DNA of 64,000 nucleotides, taken from an uncultured Oscillospiraceae bacterium (lineage in GTDB: Bacteria > Bacillota > Clostridia > Oscillospirales > Ruminococcaceae). Location: assembly GCA_964368625.1 (NCBI GenBank), contig CAYJBH010000013.1:5372-69371 (forward strand), written 5' to 3'. The notes under the pieces were generated by a model. The model had not been told where the DNA came from. It made no database searches and saw only the letters and a program-made list of their open reading frames with translations. Below are positions 48,102 to 58,204 of the stretch, one piece after another. Each line of letters opens with the position of its first letter. Positions within the stretch are counted from its first letter, which is position 1. Made by a program: the position numbers and the translations under genes.

Positions 48102-49289
48102 ATGGAAAACAAACAAATAACAGAACGATTTAACAAGTCGAAGAAGGTAAAGTTTTTATATAGGTTGATGCAAATCTTCCCTATCAATAAAACAAAGATT
48201 GTTTTTACCTCCTTTGAGGGAAAAGGGGGTTATTGTTGCAATCCACGATATATTGCACAAAAACTCATTGATGATAATAGTGGATATAAACTTGTTTGGA
48301 TTATAGATGATGTCACTAAAAAATTTCCAAAAGAAATAAAGGTTGTAAAAAACACTCTATTAAATCGAGCTTTTCATCTTTCTACCGCTAAAGTATGGGT
48401 TGACAATACGCGAAAACCATTAGGAACGATAAAAAGAAAAGGACAATTTTACCTACAAACGTGGCATGCCGGCATCGCAACAAAACCGATTGGCAAATTT
48501 AGGGGTAAACTTTTCCCGAAAATTGCCGAAGTAATAAGTAGGGAAGATTCGAAGTTGATAGACTGTGTAATCTCCGACAGCGATTGGTGCACCAAACTTT
48601 ATCCTGACATGCTTTTGTATGACGGCGAGATTATTAAAACCGGATTACCAAGGTGCGATGTGCTTTTTAACAACCGAGAACGCACCTATATGAGTATACG
48701 AAGTAAATACGGGTTAAAAAACGATAGCAAGATTGTTTTGTTTGCACCAACATTTCGTGGCGGTAGCCAACAAGGTAAACGCAGTATTTATTCCGAGATA
48801 CCAACGCTTGATTTTGCAAAACTTCAAAGCACACTTAGCGATAAATTTGGCGGAGAATGGCACTTATTTCTAAGACTGCATCCACAACTTTCGGCGGCCA
48901 TGTCAGAAATGCCACTTGATGAAAAGCCGGACAACATGGTAGACGTTAGCACCGCAGACGATATGAACGAGCTCATCGCGGCTTGTGACGTATTCATAAC
49001 AGACTATTCCAGCGCCGCATTCGATGCACTCTGTGCCAAAATCCCAACCTTTATCTATGCCGACGACTATGAGGAGTATATAAAGGAGCGAGGCAATTTA
49101 ATGTGGGATATGCGAGCACTACCGTTCGCATTTTGCGAAAACAATGAAGAGCTTAACGATAGTGTTTTACGCTTTGATGAACCTGCTTATAGCAAAAAAG
49201 CTGATGAGTTTTTAAAGGAACATGGTGTGCTGGCAGATGGGATGGCGAGTGAGAGGGTTGCAAAGACAATAATCGCAAAGCTGCGATGA
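48102..49289 (+). CDS. CDP-glycerol glycerophosphotransferase family protein (TagB/TagF-like)
   Basis: 395 aa with QTWHAG, LFAPTFRGG, LRLHPQ and FITDYSSAAFD motifs. Confidence 0.8.
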   Translation: MENKQITERFNKSKKVKFLYRLMQIFPINKTKIVFTSFEGKGGYCCNPRYIAQKLIDDNSGYKLVWIIDDVTKKFPKEIKVVKNTLLNRAFHLSTAKVWVDNTRKPLGTIKRKGQFYLQTWHAGIATKPIGKFRGKLFPKIAEVISREDSKLIDCVISDSDWCTKLYPDMLLYDGEIIKTGLPRCDVLFNNRERTYMSIRSKYGLKNDSKIVLFAPTFRGGSQQGKRSIYSEIPTLDFAKLQSTLSDKFGGEWHLFLRLHPQLSAAMSEMPLDEKPDNMVDVSTADDMNELIAACDVFITDYSSAAFDALCAKIPTFIYADDYEEYIKERGNLMWDMRALPFAFCENNEELNDSVLRFDEPAYSKKADEFLKEHGVLADGMASERVAKTIIAKLR

Positions 49290-49346
49290 TGTTTTCGAGT
49301 ATGGAATTTAACGAGTGTATTGACTTAAAAGAAGATAGGAGTAAAC

Positions 49347-50510
49347 ATGGAAAACTTAATCTCCGTTGTCATCCCGATATATAACACACGGGAGTACCTA
49401 CCGCAGTGTTTAAACAGTGTAATTAATCAAACGCACAAAAACCTTGAAATTATTCTTGTGGACGACGGCTCAACTGACGGCTCGGCCGAGATATGCGATG
49501 AATACGCAAAGCGTGATGAGCGAATAAAGGTGATACATCAGGAAAAAAACGGTGCGATGTTTGCAAGAAAATCTGGCATAAAAATAGCACGAGGTGATTA
49601 TATCGGTTTTGCTGATAGCGATGATTGGATGGAATCAAACCTCTATGAACATTTGCTTGAGTTGGTAGTCATGCATGATGTAGACTTTGCAACTACCGGG
49701 ATTCTTTATGAGGCAAAAGATTTTTCAGAACAAAGATACGTCGGACGTGAGGGGAAGTATAGTTATCATGATGCCGGAAAAATGTGCACCTATAAGCATA
49801 TGTACTATTCGGATAGGAATAGCACAAGTTGTTTAGCCCCACACCTTTACACAAAACTTTTTAAAAGAAAAATTGTAGAAAGTTTTTTCTTTAAGGTACC
49901 CGACGAAATAAGTATTTGCGATGATCATGCTTTTGTTTTTGGTTGCGTTCCCTTTATAGATTCTTTTTACGTTTCAACCGAGCCGCTTTACCACTACAGG
50001 CAACATCAAGCATCAATGATGAACACTACTCGCAAAGACTATATTTACAGTATCTCATTGTTTTACAATCATTTGAAAAATATGTTTGAAGAGCACGAAA
50101 AAAGTTCTTTGCTGATGGAGGAGCTTGACAAGCATTACGCGGCTATGGTTTTGCGAACAATTACAAAACTGTTGCCGAAAAATATTGTTGACGATCTTAT
50201 TTTGTGCCACCATTTTCCAATAGAGAGCTTGTTACCTTCGACTAAAATTATTATTTGCGGTGAAAAAGCAATTTGCGATTCTTACAGTAGACAACTTAAT
50301 AATTGTGAAAACATTGAAGTTTTGGAGATTGTTGATTGGCACAGTGTGAAAATTACGAATCATAATTACGACATTGTAATTGTTGCAACCGCAAAGTATG
50401 ATATCGCCGAAACAATTATAAAGGAACTTACCGAAAAACACAAAATCAAGTCCGAGAAAATTAAATGGAAAATCCCAAAGAGAATTTCGGATATTATTAT
50501 TGTGAAGTAA
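49347..50510 (+). CDS. family 2 glycosyltransferase with a C-terminal Rossmann-like extension
   Basis: 387 aa. ISVVIPIYNTREYL...ILVDDGSTDGS...DSDD is a GT-A signature. Residues 298-387 form an extra module (KIIICGEKA...). Confidence 0.85.
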   Translation: MENLISVVIPIYNTREYLPQCLNSVINQTHKNLEIILVDDGSTDGSAEICDEYAKRDERIKVIHQEKNGAMFARKSGIKIARGDYIGFADSDDWMESNLYEHLLELVVMHDVDFATTGILYEAKDFSEQRYVGREGKYSYHDAGKMCTYKHMYYSDRNSTSCLAPHLYTKLFKRKIVESFFFKVPDEISICDDHAFVFGCVPFIDSFYVSTEPLYHYRQHQASMMNTTRKDYIYSISLFYNHLKNMFEEHEKSSLLMEELDKHYAAMVLRTITKLLPKNIVDDLILCHHFPIESLLPSTKIIICGEKAICDSYSRQLNNCENIEVLEIVDWHSVKITNHNYDIVIVATAKYDIAETIIKELTEKHKIKSEKIKWKIPKRISDIIIVK

Positions 50511-50560
50511 ATGAATATTTGGCAAACTTCGATTAATATTTGTAAGAAAAAAGGAGTATA

Positions 50561-51709
50561 GTGAATATCCTATTTGTTGCAGGAAAAATGCCCACAATTT
50601 CATTTGCACATGTCAAAATTGTTATAGATATAATTACTGAATTTAAGACTTATGGGCATAATTGCATTATCAGCGGAGTATCTGATGAAAATTCGTTTGA
50701 AGAAGAAAATGGCATATTGATGCACAGATATTGCGACAGTGACGAAAAAAATAGAGGGTTAATGCACAAAAATTATGCAACCGAGCTTTGTGGAATAATT
50801 AATAAATATGAAATTGGAATTTTGATTGCAACAATATTTCCTTTCGGTGCAGCTCAAGCGGTGTTTGCAAATGAGAATATAGCATGTGACAAATATATAT
50901 TGCAAGTCGACCCCTGGGGGTTGCATGAGCAGGAAACGTTTTTTATTAAAACACAGCCGGAGCGAATAGCCCAAGAAAAAGAACTTTTTGATAAAGCCAA
51001 ATATATTTTCACAACTGCTTGCCTATTTGAACAATATATCCAAAACGCACACTATAAAATGTATACAAAAAAAATGTGTGTGCTTGAATTCCCGACAATT
51101 AAAGCACATGAAGACAACAAAACTGGTGTATTTGATTTCAACTCTGACTATTTCAATATTTTGTTTGCGGGTTTACTTGACGATAATTATCGAAACCCCG
51201 AAAAGTTTCTTGATGTTTTATGCAAAAACAGCTTTAAGCTGCCGAGAACAAGCAAAGAGTTACGCCTGTATTTTTTAGGTGGGAGCAAATCAAAAATTGC
51301 TTTAGACTTTAGTAATAGGTTTCCAAACAATATTTTTGTAGGCGGCAGGGTTGAATTGCCTGTGGCGATAGGCACAATGCAAAAAGCCGATGTATTGTTA
51401 AGTATTGGCAACGTTTTTACTAATCAAGTGCCAAGCAAAATATTCGATTATTTCAGCCTGGGGAAGCCGATATTGCATGTGAAAAAAATCGAAAAATGCA
51501 CAAGTATCAAATATCTGGACAGATATCCGCTGAAGCATATTTTTGATGAAAATAAAGAGCCAAATTTAAATGGATTGGGTGAATTTTTAAACGATGCAAT
51601 CGGAAAAAATGTCGATTTTAAAACTGTTCGGGCATTGTATGAAGAGTTTACGCCCGAATACGTAGCAAAAAAAATGGAAAATATTATTTGTTGCGACTCA
51701 ACACAATAA
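50561..51709 (+). CDS. GT-B fold (GT4-like) glycosyltransferase, divergent
   Basis: 382 aa. GTG start after an AAGGAG RBS. The C-terminal VPSKIFDYFSLGKPIL resembles the EX7E region of GT4 enzymes. Confidence 0.5.
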   Translation: MNILFVAGKMPTISFAHVKIVIDIITEFKTYGHNCIISGVSDENSFEEENGILMHRYCDSDEKNRGLMHKNYATELCGIINKYEIGILIATIFPFGAAQAVFANENIACDKYILQVDPWGLHEQETFFIKTQPERIAQEKELFDKAKYIFTTACLFEQYIQNAHYKMYTKKMCVLEFPTIKAHEDNKTGVFDFNSDYFNILFAGLLDDNYRNPEKFLDVLCKNSFKLPRTSKELRLYFLGGSKSKIALDFSNRFPNNIFVGGRVELPVAIGTMQKADVLLSIGNVFTNQVPSKIFDYFSLGKPILHVKKIEKCTSIKYLDRYPLKHIFDENKEPNLNGLGEFLNDAIGKNVDFKTVRALYEEFTPEYVAKKMENIICCDSTQ

Positions 51710-51796
51710 CATCAACAGCTCTGTAATGTACCGACTTCCGAAATATCGCTTAGAGCGAACTTCCCCGTCAATAATAGCGGAGGGAGGGTAGTGAGC

Positions 51797-52126
51797 ATGC
51801 TGAATCTTGTGGTAGAAAACGATACAGTTGAATTATTATATCTGTTTCCGTGCAAAAAAGGCGCAGTAGAGGGAAGTACAGAAAAATATAGATTTTGCGG
51901 GTTTTCATTTGATGCTTTAGGCCATGATCGAGGTGTTGAGAAAATATCCCGATGCACAAATTTACACCAACGGATTAAACCCTACAACTATAAAATGGCA
52001 TCGAAAGCATCTTTTGGGAACCTACAAGTGATATATTGCAAAATTGATGAGGAGAAACGAACTATTAAGTATGTTACATTTTTAGATACATTATCAGAAA
52101 AACAGATTTTTGAAAGAATACAATAG
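51797..52126 (+). CDS. hypothetical small protein
   Basis: 109 aa from the ATG, preceded by GGAGGGAGGG. No recognisable motif. The region is locally more GC-rich than its neighbours. Confidence 0.3.
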   Translation: MLNLVVENDTVELLYLFPCKKGAVEGSTEKYRFCGFSFDALGHDRGVEKISRCTNLHQRIKPYNYKMASKASFGNLQVIYCKIDEEKRTIKYVTFLDTLSEKQIFERIQ

Positions 52127-52176
52127 TTGTAAAGCACATTTATATATTTTATAGCAGTTCAACAGGGAGGAAACGA

Positions 52177-53352
52177 GTGAAAAAACGTTGTACTATATTG
52201 GTTTTATACGACAAAGATGGAGTTTTCGATGACTACGTATTTTATCTAATTAACGAATTAAGGCAAGTTTCTACTCGTGTTATTGCAGTGATAAACGGTT
52301 TTGTTCAAAAAAAATACAAAAAGCAGATTGAAGAAGTTTGTGACGATGTCATTACTCGAGAAAATATAGGCTATGATGCAGGTGCATATCAGTATGTTTT
52401 TAATCAATATCTTAGCAAAGAGGATTTGCAAAATTACGATGAGATAATATTTTGTAACGATACTTTTTTCGGGCCTTTTGTCCCATTTAAAGATGTTTTT
52501 GCGACCATGGACAATCGTCAATGCGATTATTGGGGGTTAACATTTTATGAAAATGGATTTTCCTCCTGCATTCAAAGCTATTTCATTTGTTTTGGGGAAA
52601 AGATAATTAAGAACAATGAGCTACATTATTTTTGGGAACACATAATGCCCAAAAAAGTGAACTCTTACGATGAGGTTTGTAGATATTATGAAGCCGGAAT
52701 TTTTGAATATCTTAACTCTAGATATTACCAAAAGGACACTTTTGTTTCTTCAGACGACTGTTTTTTATATGTTGACCCTGATCATTACATTAAAAATCTA
52801 AAATGTCCCATACTTAAAAAAAGAGTTTTTACTCCTCAATACTATAATGTTGAAAAAACAGTTAATGCTTTAAAAGTCATTAAGTCTCAGTATAAATACG
52901 ATATCGATTTAATACTAAATCATATAGACAGATGTTATTCGATTAGCAACAATGATATCGTGATTGACGAAACTACGGATAGCGTATTTCAAATTGATCG
53001 CAAACCCCATATAGAGCATAAATTTATTTCGCATGAATTGGTTAATTCTTTCTATTATAATTTTGACAAAATGTATATATACGGTATAGGCCAATTTGAA
53101 AAACATACGAGTAATTACTTTTTAATTAAAGCACATAAAGAATTAATTAAGTTTGAGGGATATGTTGTTTCAGAGGGACACAAAACAAAATGTGAGCATA
53201 ATGGTTATCCACTTTATGAAGTTATAGAACTTGCTAGTGACAATAAATGTGGAGTCTTAGTATTGTTGAATTATGAAAATAGTTTATCCGTAAAACTATC
53301 AGCTCCAAAGCATTTAAACTTGTTTTATTTATATGTTGAATTAAATAACTAA
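52177..53352 (+). CDS. rhamnan synthesis protein F (RgpF) family glycosyltransferase with a C-terminal Rossmann-like extension
   Basis: 391 aa with ILVLYDKDG, GYDAGAYQ and CNDTFFGPF motifs. GTG start after AGGGAGG. Confidence 0.7.
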   Translation: MKKRCTILVLYDKDGVFDDYVFYLINELRQVSTRVIAVINGFVQKKYKKQIEEVCDDVITRENIGYDAGAYQYVFNQYLSKEDLQNYDEIIFCNDTFFGPFVPFKDVFATMDNRQCDYWGLTFYENGFSSCIQSYFICFGEKIIKNNELHYFWEHIMPKKVNSYDEVCRYYEAGIFEYLNSRYYQKDTFVSSDDCFLYVDPDHYIKNLKCPILKKRVFTPQYYNVEKTVNALKVIKSQYKYDIDLILNHIDRCYSISNNDIVIDETTDSVFQIDRKPHIEHKFISHELVNSFYYNFDKMYIYGIGQFEKHTSNYFLIKAHKELIKFEGYVVSEGHKTKCEHNGYPLYEVIELASDNKCGVLVLLNYENSLSVKLSAPKHLNLFYLYVELNN

Positions 53353-53525
53353 TTAGAATTAATGAACATTTGTGCTTGCTAAAAATATTTGACTACGCAC
53401 ATAAGTGCAGGTATTCATGTGGCAGTAGGTGCTTATCATACTAATAAGATCATTTGTCAACTTGAGTAAAGAATAATTAGTAATAGCTTAAAATTTACGA
53501 ATGTTTGAAATTATCCGGAGTGAAA

Positions 53526-54914
53526 ATGAAAAAACGTGTTGCGGTTTTTGGTACAGGTAAACTTTATGAACAAAAAAAGCACTTGTTGCAAAATGTTAAA
53601 ATAGTTGTTTTCTTTGATAATGATGAAAAAAAACATGGCAAAATGCTTGATGGTGTGATTGTTGCTGCTCCTGATCAACACAGGCTGTACCATTTTGATT
53701 ATATTATCATAATGAGCATTTACTATAACGATATTATGAGCCAGTTATCACAGTTGAATATTGATGACAATAAATATATATATTACCTCGAATTGGATGA
53801 GAAGGGAGATTATGAGCCTCAATATACTTACGATTTAAATAAGCTTATCAATGCTATTGATAAAGACAAAATAGTTTTACTAGTTACTAATGAATTATCT
53901 TTAACGGGAGCACCTATAGTGCTCTATTATATGTCTTGTGTTTTTCAAAACTTAGGCTATAATCCCATTGTGATAAGCCTGAGAGACGGAGATTTAAAAC
54001 ACGATTTTTTTGCTAAGTCTGTTCCGGTTATTGTTGAACCATATGCAAGTGTTAACAATCAATATTTAAAGTTAGTAGTACAAAAATCTGAGGTAATAGT
54101 TTTTAACACAGCCACGGTGGGATTTTTAATACCTAAATTTCAAAAATTCAATAAAAATATTTTGTGGTGGATACACGAAAGTGCATCCTTATATAAATCC
54201 ATTTATTTTCATCAAGACTTAAAAAGAATTACATCTCAGATTAAGATATGTGCAGTAAGCGAGGTTGCAAAAAGAAACTTTTGCAATGAATATTCCAAAG
54301 AGAACATATACATCTTACCGTTTGGATTGCCGGATACAGCAACCGAAAACAATGAAAAGCCATCAAGCAAACTTACTATGGCAATTATTGGCACGATACA
54401 CCCAATTAAAGGTTACGACATTCTCATTGAAGCATTATTAACTTTAGAAGATTCAACTAGAAACCATTTGAAGGTCATTTCAGTCGGCAAAATGATTAAC
54501 GAATCTATAACACAAAATTTTAGTGATAAATTTACAGATGCAGTCAATGAGGGGTTAATTACTCATTTGGGTGAAATGAGCAGGAATGAAGTAGAAAAAA
54601 TAATTAAAGAAGTAGATATAATAGTTTGTGCTTCAAGAGAAGAAACGATGTCTGCTGTCGTTGTTGAAGGTATGATGCACAGCAAAGTGTGTATAGTGTC
54701 AGATTCAGCAGGTATTTGCGAATACTTGATCGACAAGGAGAATGTATTAATATTTAATAATTTATCTTCAAAAGATTTGGCGAGAAAAATTGAATGGTGT
54801 ATCTTAAGAAGCGAAAATCTTAAAACAATCGGTTGTAATGCTCGTAAAACATTTAAACAGTTTTTTTCTTTGGATGTTTTCGAAAAAAATTTAGAAAATT
54901 TGTTAAGTATGTAA
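53526..54914 (+). CDS. GT4-family glycosyltransferase with an N-terminal Rossmann-like extension
   Basis: 462 aa from the ATG (GGAG RBS). N-terminal VAVFGTGKLY...VVFFDNDEKKHGK module. C-terminal EETMSAVVVEGMMHSKVCIVSDSAG is an EX7E-like motif. Confidence 0.7.
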   Translation: MKKRVAVFGTGKLYEQKKHLLQNVKIVVFFDNDEKKHGKMLDGVIVAAPDQHRLYHFDYIIIMSIYYNDIMSQLSQLNIDDNKYIYYLELDEKGDYEPQYTYDLNKLINAIDKDKIVLLVTNELSLTGAPIVLYYMSCVFQNLGYNPIVISLRDGDLKHDFFAKSVPVIVEPYASVNNQYLKLVVQKSEVIVFNTATVGFLIPKFQKFNKNILWWIHESASLYKSIYFHQDLKRITSQIKICAVSEVAKRNFCNEYSKENIYILPFGLPDTATENNEKPSSKLTMAIIGTIHPIKGYDILIEALLTLEDSTRNHLKVISVGKMINESITQNFSDKFTDAVNEGLITHLGEMSRNEVEKIIKEVDIIVCASREETMSAVVVEGMMHSKVCIVSDSAGICEYLIDKENVLIFNNLSSKDLARKIEWCILRSENLKTIGCNARKTFKQFFSLDVFEKNLENLLSM

Positions 54915-54933
54915 ATTCAAACCATGGGTAGTT

Positions 54934-56511
54934 ATGAAAAAAGTCGGTATAATAACGTTATATGAAAAAACATATAATTATGGGGCGCAGCTTCAAGCGT
55001 ATGCGCTACAAAAAGTTATTTCTAGTTTGCATTTTGATTGTGAGTTAATTCGCTTTATGTGGATGAATAGATTTGCTGAAAACAGTTATGAGAATATTAA
55101 TAATTTAAGCGAAGGGCTGTTTTTAGATTTTTTTAATTCAATCCCACATAGCAGCAACTCATATGACAGCAACAGCATTTTTAATGCAAATAACAACTAT
55201 GACATTTTTGTTTGCGGTAGCGACCAAATATGGGGTTGCGAAGATAGCCTTCCAACCTACAACCTTCCTCTTATGACGCTTGGGTTTGCTGACGATTCAA
55301 AAAATAAAGTTGGTTATGCAATAAGCTTCGGAGGGGCTATTCTAGATAACCGTAGGGCTTTAGCTGTTAAAAGTGCGGCATCTTCTTTGGATAGTATTTC
55401 TGTTCGTGAACATAGTTCGACAGAATTTGTTGAAAATCTCGTTGGCAAGAATGTTCAAACGGTGGTTGACCCTACCCTCTTACTTACTAAAGAAGATTGG
55501 GGCGATTTTGTGAAGCTAAATCATAGAGATTATGTTTTAGTGTATACGATTACTAATAACTCCGATGCTATTAATTATGCAAACTTATTAGCCGATAAAT
55601 TAGGTTGTGGTGTTGAGGTTATAACCTACACCAACAATAGACCTGTGGGGACAAAAGAATTTGTTAGCCTTATTGCCAACTGCAAATTCATGATAACCGA
55701 TTCTTATCACGGAACAATTTTCAGCATAATTTTCAACAAACAGTTTTTTTCAATGTATATAGAACCGTCGGAATCGAATTTTTCGAAAAATATTAGAATT
55801 AAAGATTTGCTAATAAAGTTCGATTTAATTAATAGATATATTTCTTTTGAAGATAATATTATACAAAAGTACACCACAGCAAAAAGTATCGACTACAGCA
55901 AAATAAACGTGTTAGTAAAAAATGCCAGAGAAAAATCTATTGCATTTTTAAACAAAGCTCTTATGTTCAACAAAAAAAATGCATCTATAGGCAATTCACC
56001 TAAATTTTGTAATCCGTACGAGCTATACATAGACTCTTTATCGCAATATCTACCACCAGAGCTTCTCAGCTATGAAAAATGCTTGTTAGAAAAAGAAATA
56101 TTGCGGGAAAATCAAATTTTTTCATTAATTAAACAAAAAAACATGTGGAATATTTTGTCAAGAATCGAGAGATGCATTTCAGAAAATTATAAATTTAAAG
56201 ATATTGATGTTATAAAAGAACATGTAATAATATATGGGTTAGGCATGATTGGCAAGCGAATATGTGAATTATTTTCAGATAAATTAATTGCCATAGTTGA
56301 TGAAAAATTAGCGCCAGGAAGTTATAATAGTTTTAAAATACTAAAAATCGATGACGATTCACTGGCAGAACTAATAATAGGTAAGAAGGTAACATTTATA
56401 GTAACTCCTACTTGGGATAAAGAGATTATAGCAAGAAAAATTATCAACAGACAATTTATAGATTCAAATGTTGTTTTTATTGACAATATTTTGCCAAAAT
56501 ATAAAATTTAG
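54934..56511 (+). CDS. polysaccharide pyruvyl transferase family protein with a C-terminal Rossmann-like extension
   Basis: 525 aa with NYGAQLQAYAL, GSDQIW and TDSYHGTIFS motifs. Residues 430-525 form an extra module (VIIYGLGMIGK...). Confidence 0.75.
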   Translation: MKKVGIITLYEKTYNYGAQLQAYALQKVISSLHFDCELIRFMWMNRFAENSYENINNLSEGLFLDFFNSIPHSSNSYDSNSIFNANNNYDIFVCGSDQIWGCEDSLPTYNLPLMTLGFADDSKNKVGYAISFGGAILDNRRALAVKSAASSLDSISVREHSSTEFVENLVGKNVQTVVDPTLLLTKEDWGDFVKLNHRDYVLVYTITNNSDAINYANLLADKLGCGVEVITYTNNRPVGTKEFVSLIANCKFMITDSYHGTIFSIIFNKQFFSMYIEPSESNFSKNIRIKDLLIKFDLINRYISFEDNIIQKYTTAKSIDYSKINVLVKNAREKSIAFLNKALMFNKKNASIGNSPKFCNPYELYIDSLSQYLPPELLSYEKCLLEKEILRENQIFSLIKQKNMWNILSRIERCISENYKFKDIDVIKEHVIIYGLGMIGKRICELFSDKLIAIVDEKLAPGSYNSFKILKIDDDSLAELIIGKKVTFIVTPTWDKEIIARKIINRQFIDSNVVFIDNILPKYKI

Positions 56512-56540
56512 TTACACCATAGTTAAGAAAGAAGGCAATA

Positions 56541-58199
56541 ATGCTTAAAAATTATACTGTAGAAAGAAATGTTCAAATACTTATTGACTTACTGAAGCAA
56601 CATAATGTAAAAAAAGTAATTGTAAGTCCCGGTACAACAAACGTTTGCTTTGTCGCCAGTATACAACAGGATACTTTTTTTGAAATATATTCCTGTGTAG
56701 ATGAACGTTCGGCAGCCTACATGGCCTGTGGGTTAGCCGCGGAAAGCGGTGAACCGGTAGTGCTCAGCTGTACCGGTGCAACTGCCTCGAGAAATTATAT
56801 GCCGGCTTTAACCGAAGCTTACTACAGAAAACTTCCTATCTTGGCAGTAACTTCTATGCAGCATTCGGCTCGAATAGGTCATAATATACCACAAGCAATA
56901 GACAGATCAGTGATGCCTAATGATACTGTTAAGTATAGTGTAGAGCTTAAGGTGATGAGAGATAATGATGACCTATGGGGTTGTAATGTTGCTGTTAATA
57001 AAGCTTTATTACTTTTAAAAGACAAAAATCCAGGACCGGTACATATTAATTTGATAACAACCTATCACCAAGATTTTTCCACCGATTCACTTCCAAGGCA
57101 GCGCGTGATAAATAAAATATATTCCGACGACCATTTTCCGAAGATCACTGAAAAAAAAGTTGTTATATTCGTTGCTGAACATATTGAATGGAATAAAGAA
57201 TTAACCATAGCAGTAGAAAAATTTTGCGAAAAATATAATGCCGTAGTTTTATATGATCACACCGGTAAGTATAAAGGGGAATATGGAATTTTGCCAAATT
57301 TATTGTTGAGCGTAGATCAACCATCTCCTTTTAGTGAAATTGATTTAATGATCAGCATAGGAAATGTTTCTGGTGCTTATTTGCCTTTAACTCCCAAAAC
57401 TGTTTGGCGGGTAAACCATGACGGCGAAATAAGAGATACATACAGAACGTTAAGGTATGTGTTTGAGATGAAAGAGGAAATGTTTTTCACTAAATATTGT
57501 GAATTATCTGAAGCTAACAACCTGTCGTATTACCACCAATGGAAAGAGGCAGATGAAAAAATAAGGAAACTTGTGCCAGATTTGCCATTTTCAAACCCTT
57601 GGATAGCTCAAAGAACTATTGCGCATTTGCCGAAAAACTCGGTTCTTCATTTAGGAATACTTAACTCGCTGCGCTCATGGAACTTTTTTGAAGCAGACAA
57701 GAGCATTACGGTTTATTCTAACACCGGAGGTTTTGGCATTGATGGATGTGTATCAACACTAATCGGAGCCTCCTTAGCCAATACCGATAAACTGTTTTTT
57801 GGTGTCGTTGGAGATTTGGCCTTTTTTTACGACATGAATTCGTTAGGAAATCGTCACATTTCAAACAATCTTAGGTTAATTGTTGTTAACAACGGCAAAG
57901 GAACTGAGTTCAGGCACTATAATCACTTTGCTGCAAAGTTTGACGAAAGTGCCGATACGTTTATTGCTGCTGCTGGTCATTTTGGGAACAAGTCTTCTTT
58001 ATTGATAAAAAACTATTCTGAAAATCTTGGTTTTGAATATATCAGCGCTAGTTCAAAACAAGAATTTGATAAGGTGTTAGATGATTTTGTTTTTTCACAA
58101 AAGAAAAATCAATCCATTATTTTTGAAGTGTTTACAAATAATGAAGATGAAAGTAACGCTCTAAAAAAAATTAACTTTATGAGCACCAACGGGAGTTAA
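56541..58199 (+). CDS. thiamine diphosphate-dependent enzyme, MenD/acetolactate-synthase-like
   Basis: 552 aa. N-terminal Pyr domain (VSPGTTN, VDERSAAYMACGLA, LSCTGATASRN) and C-terminal PP domain (GDLAFFYDMNSL...NNGKG). Confidence 0.75.
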   Translation: MLKNYTVERNVQILIDLLKQHNVKKVIVSPGTTNVCFVASIQQDTFFEIYSCVDERSAAYMACGLAAESGEPVVLSCTGATASRNYMPALTEAYYRKLPILAVTSMQHSARIGHNIPQAIDRSVMPNDTVKYSVELKVMRDNDDLWGCNVAVNKALLLLKDKNPGPVHINLITTYHQDFSTDSLPRQRVINKIYSDDHFPKITEKKVVIFVAEHIEWNKELTIAVEKFCEKYNAVVLYDHTGKYKGEYGILPNLLLSVDQPSPFSEIDLMISIGNVSGAYLPLTPKTVWRVNHDGEIRDTYRTLRYVFEMKEEMFFTKYCELSEANNLSYYHQWKEADEKIRKLVPDLPFSNPWIAQRTIAHLPKNSVLHLGILNSLRSWNFFEADKSITVYSNTGGFGIDGCVSTLIGASLANTDKLFFGVVGDLAFFYDMNSLGNRHISNNLRLIVVNNGKGTEFRHYNHFAAKFDESADTFIAAAGHFGNKSSLLIKNYSENLGFEYISASSKQEFDKVLDDFVFSQKKNQSIIFEVFTNNEDESNALKKINFMSTNGS

Positions 58200-58204
58200 T
58201 ATAA

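Noticed and set aside
51712-51959. Two overlapping minus-strand ORFs (81 and 63 aa) in the spacer within the glycopolymer cluster.
   Set aside because: They lie on the opposite strand to every gene in the cluster, have no RBS, and overlap each other in different frames.
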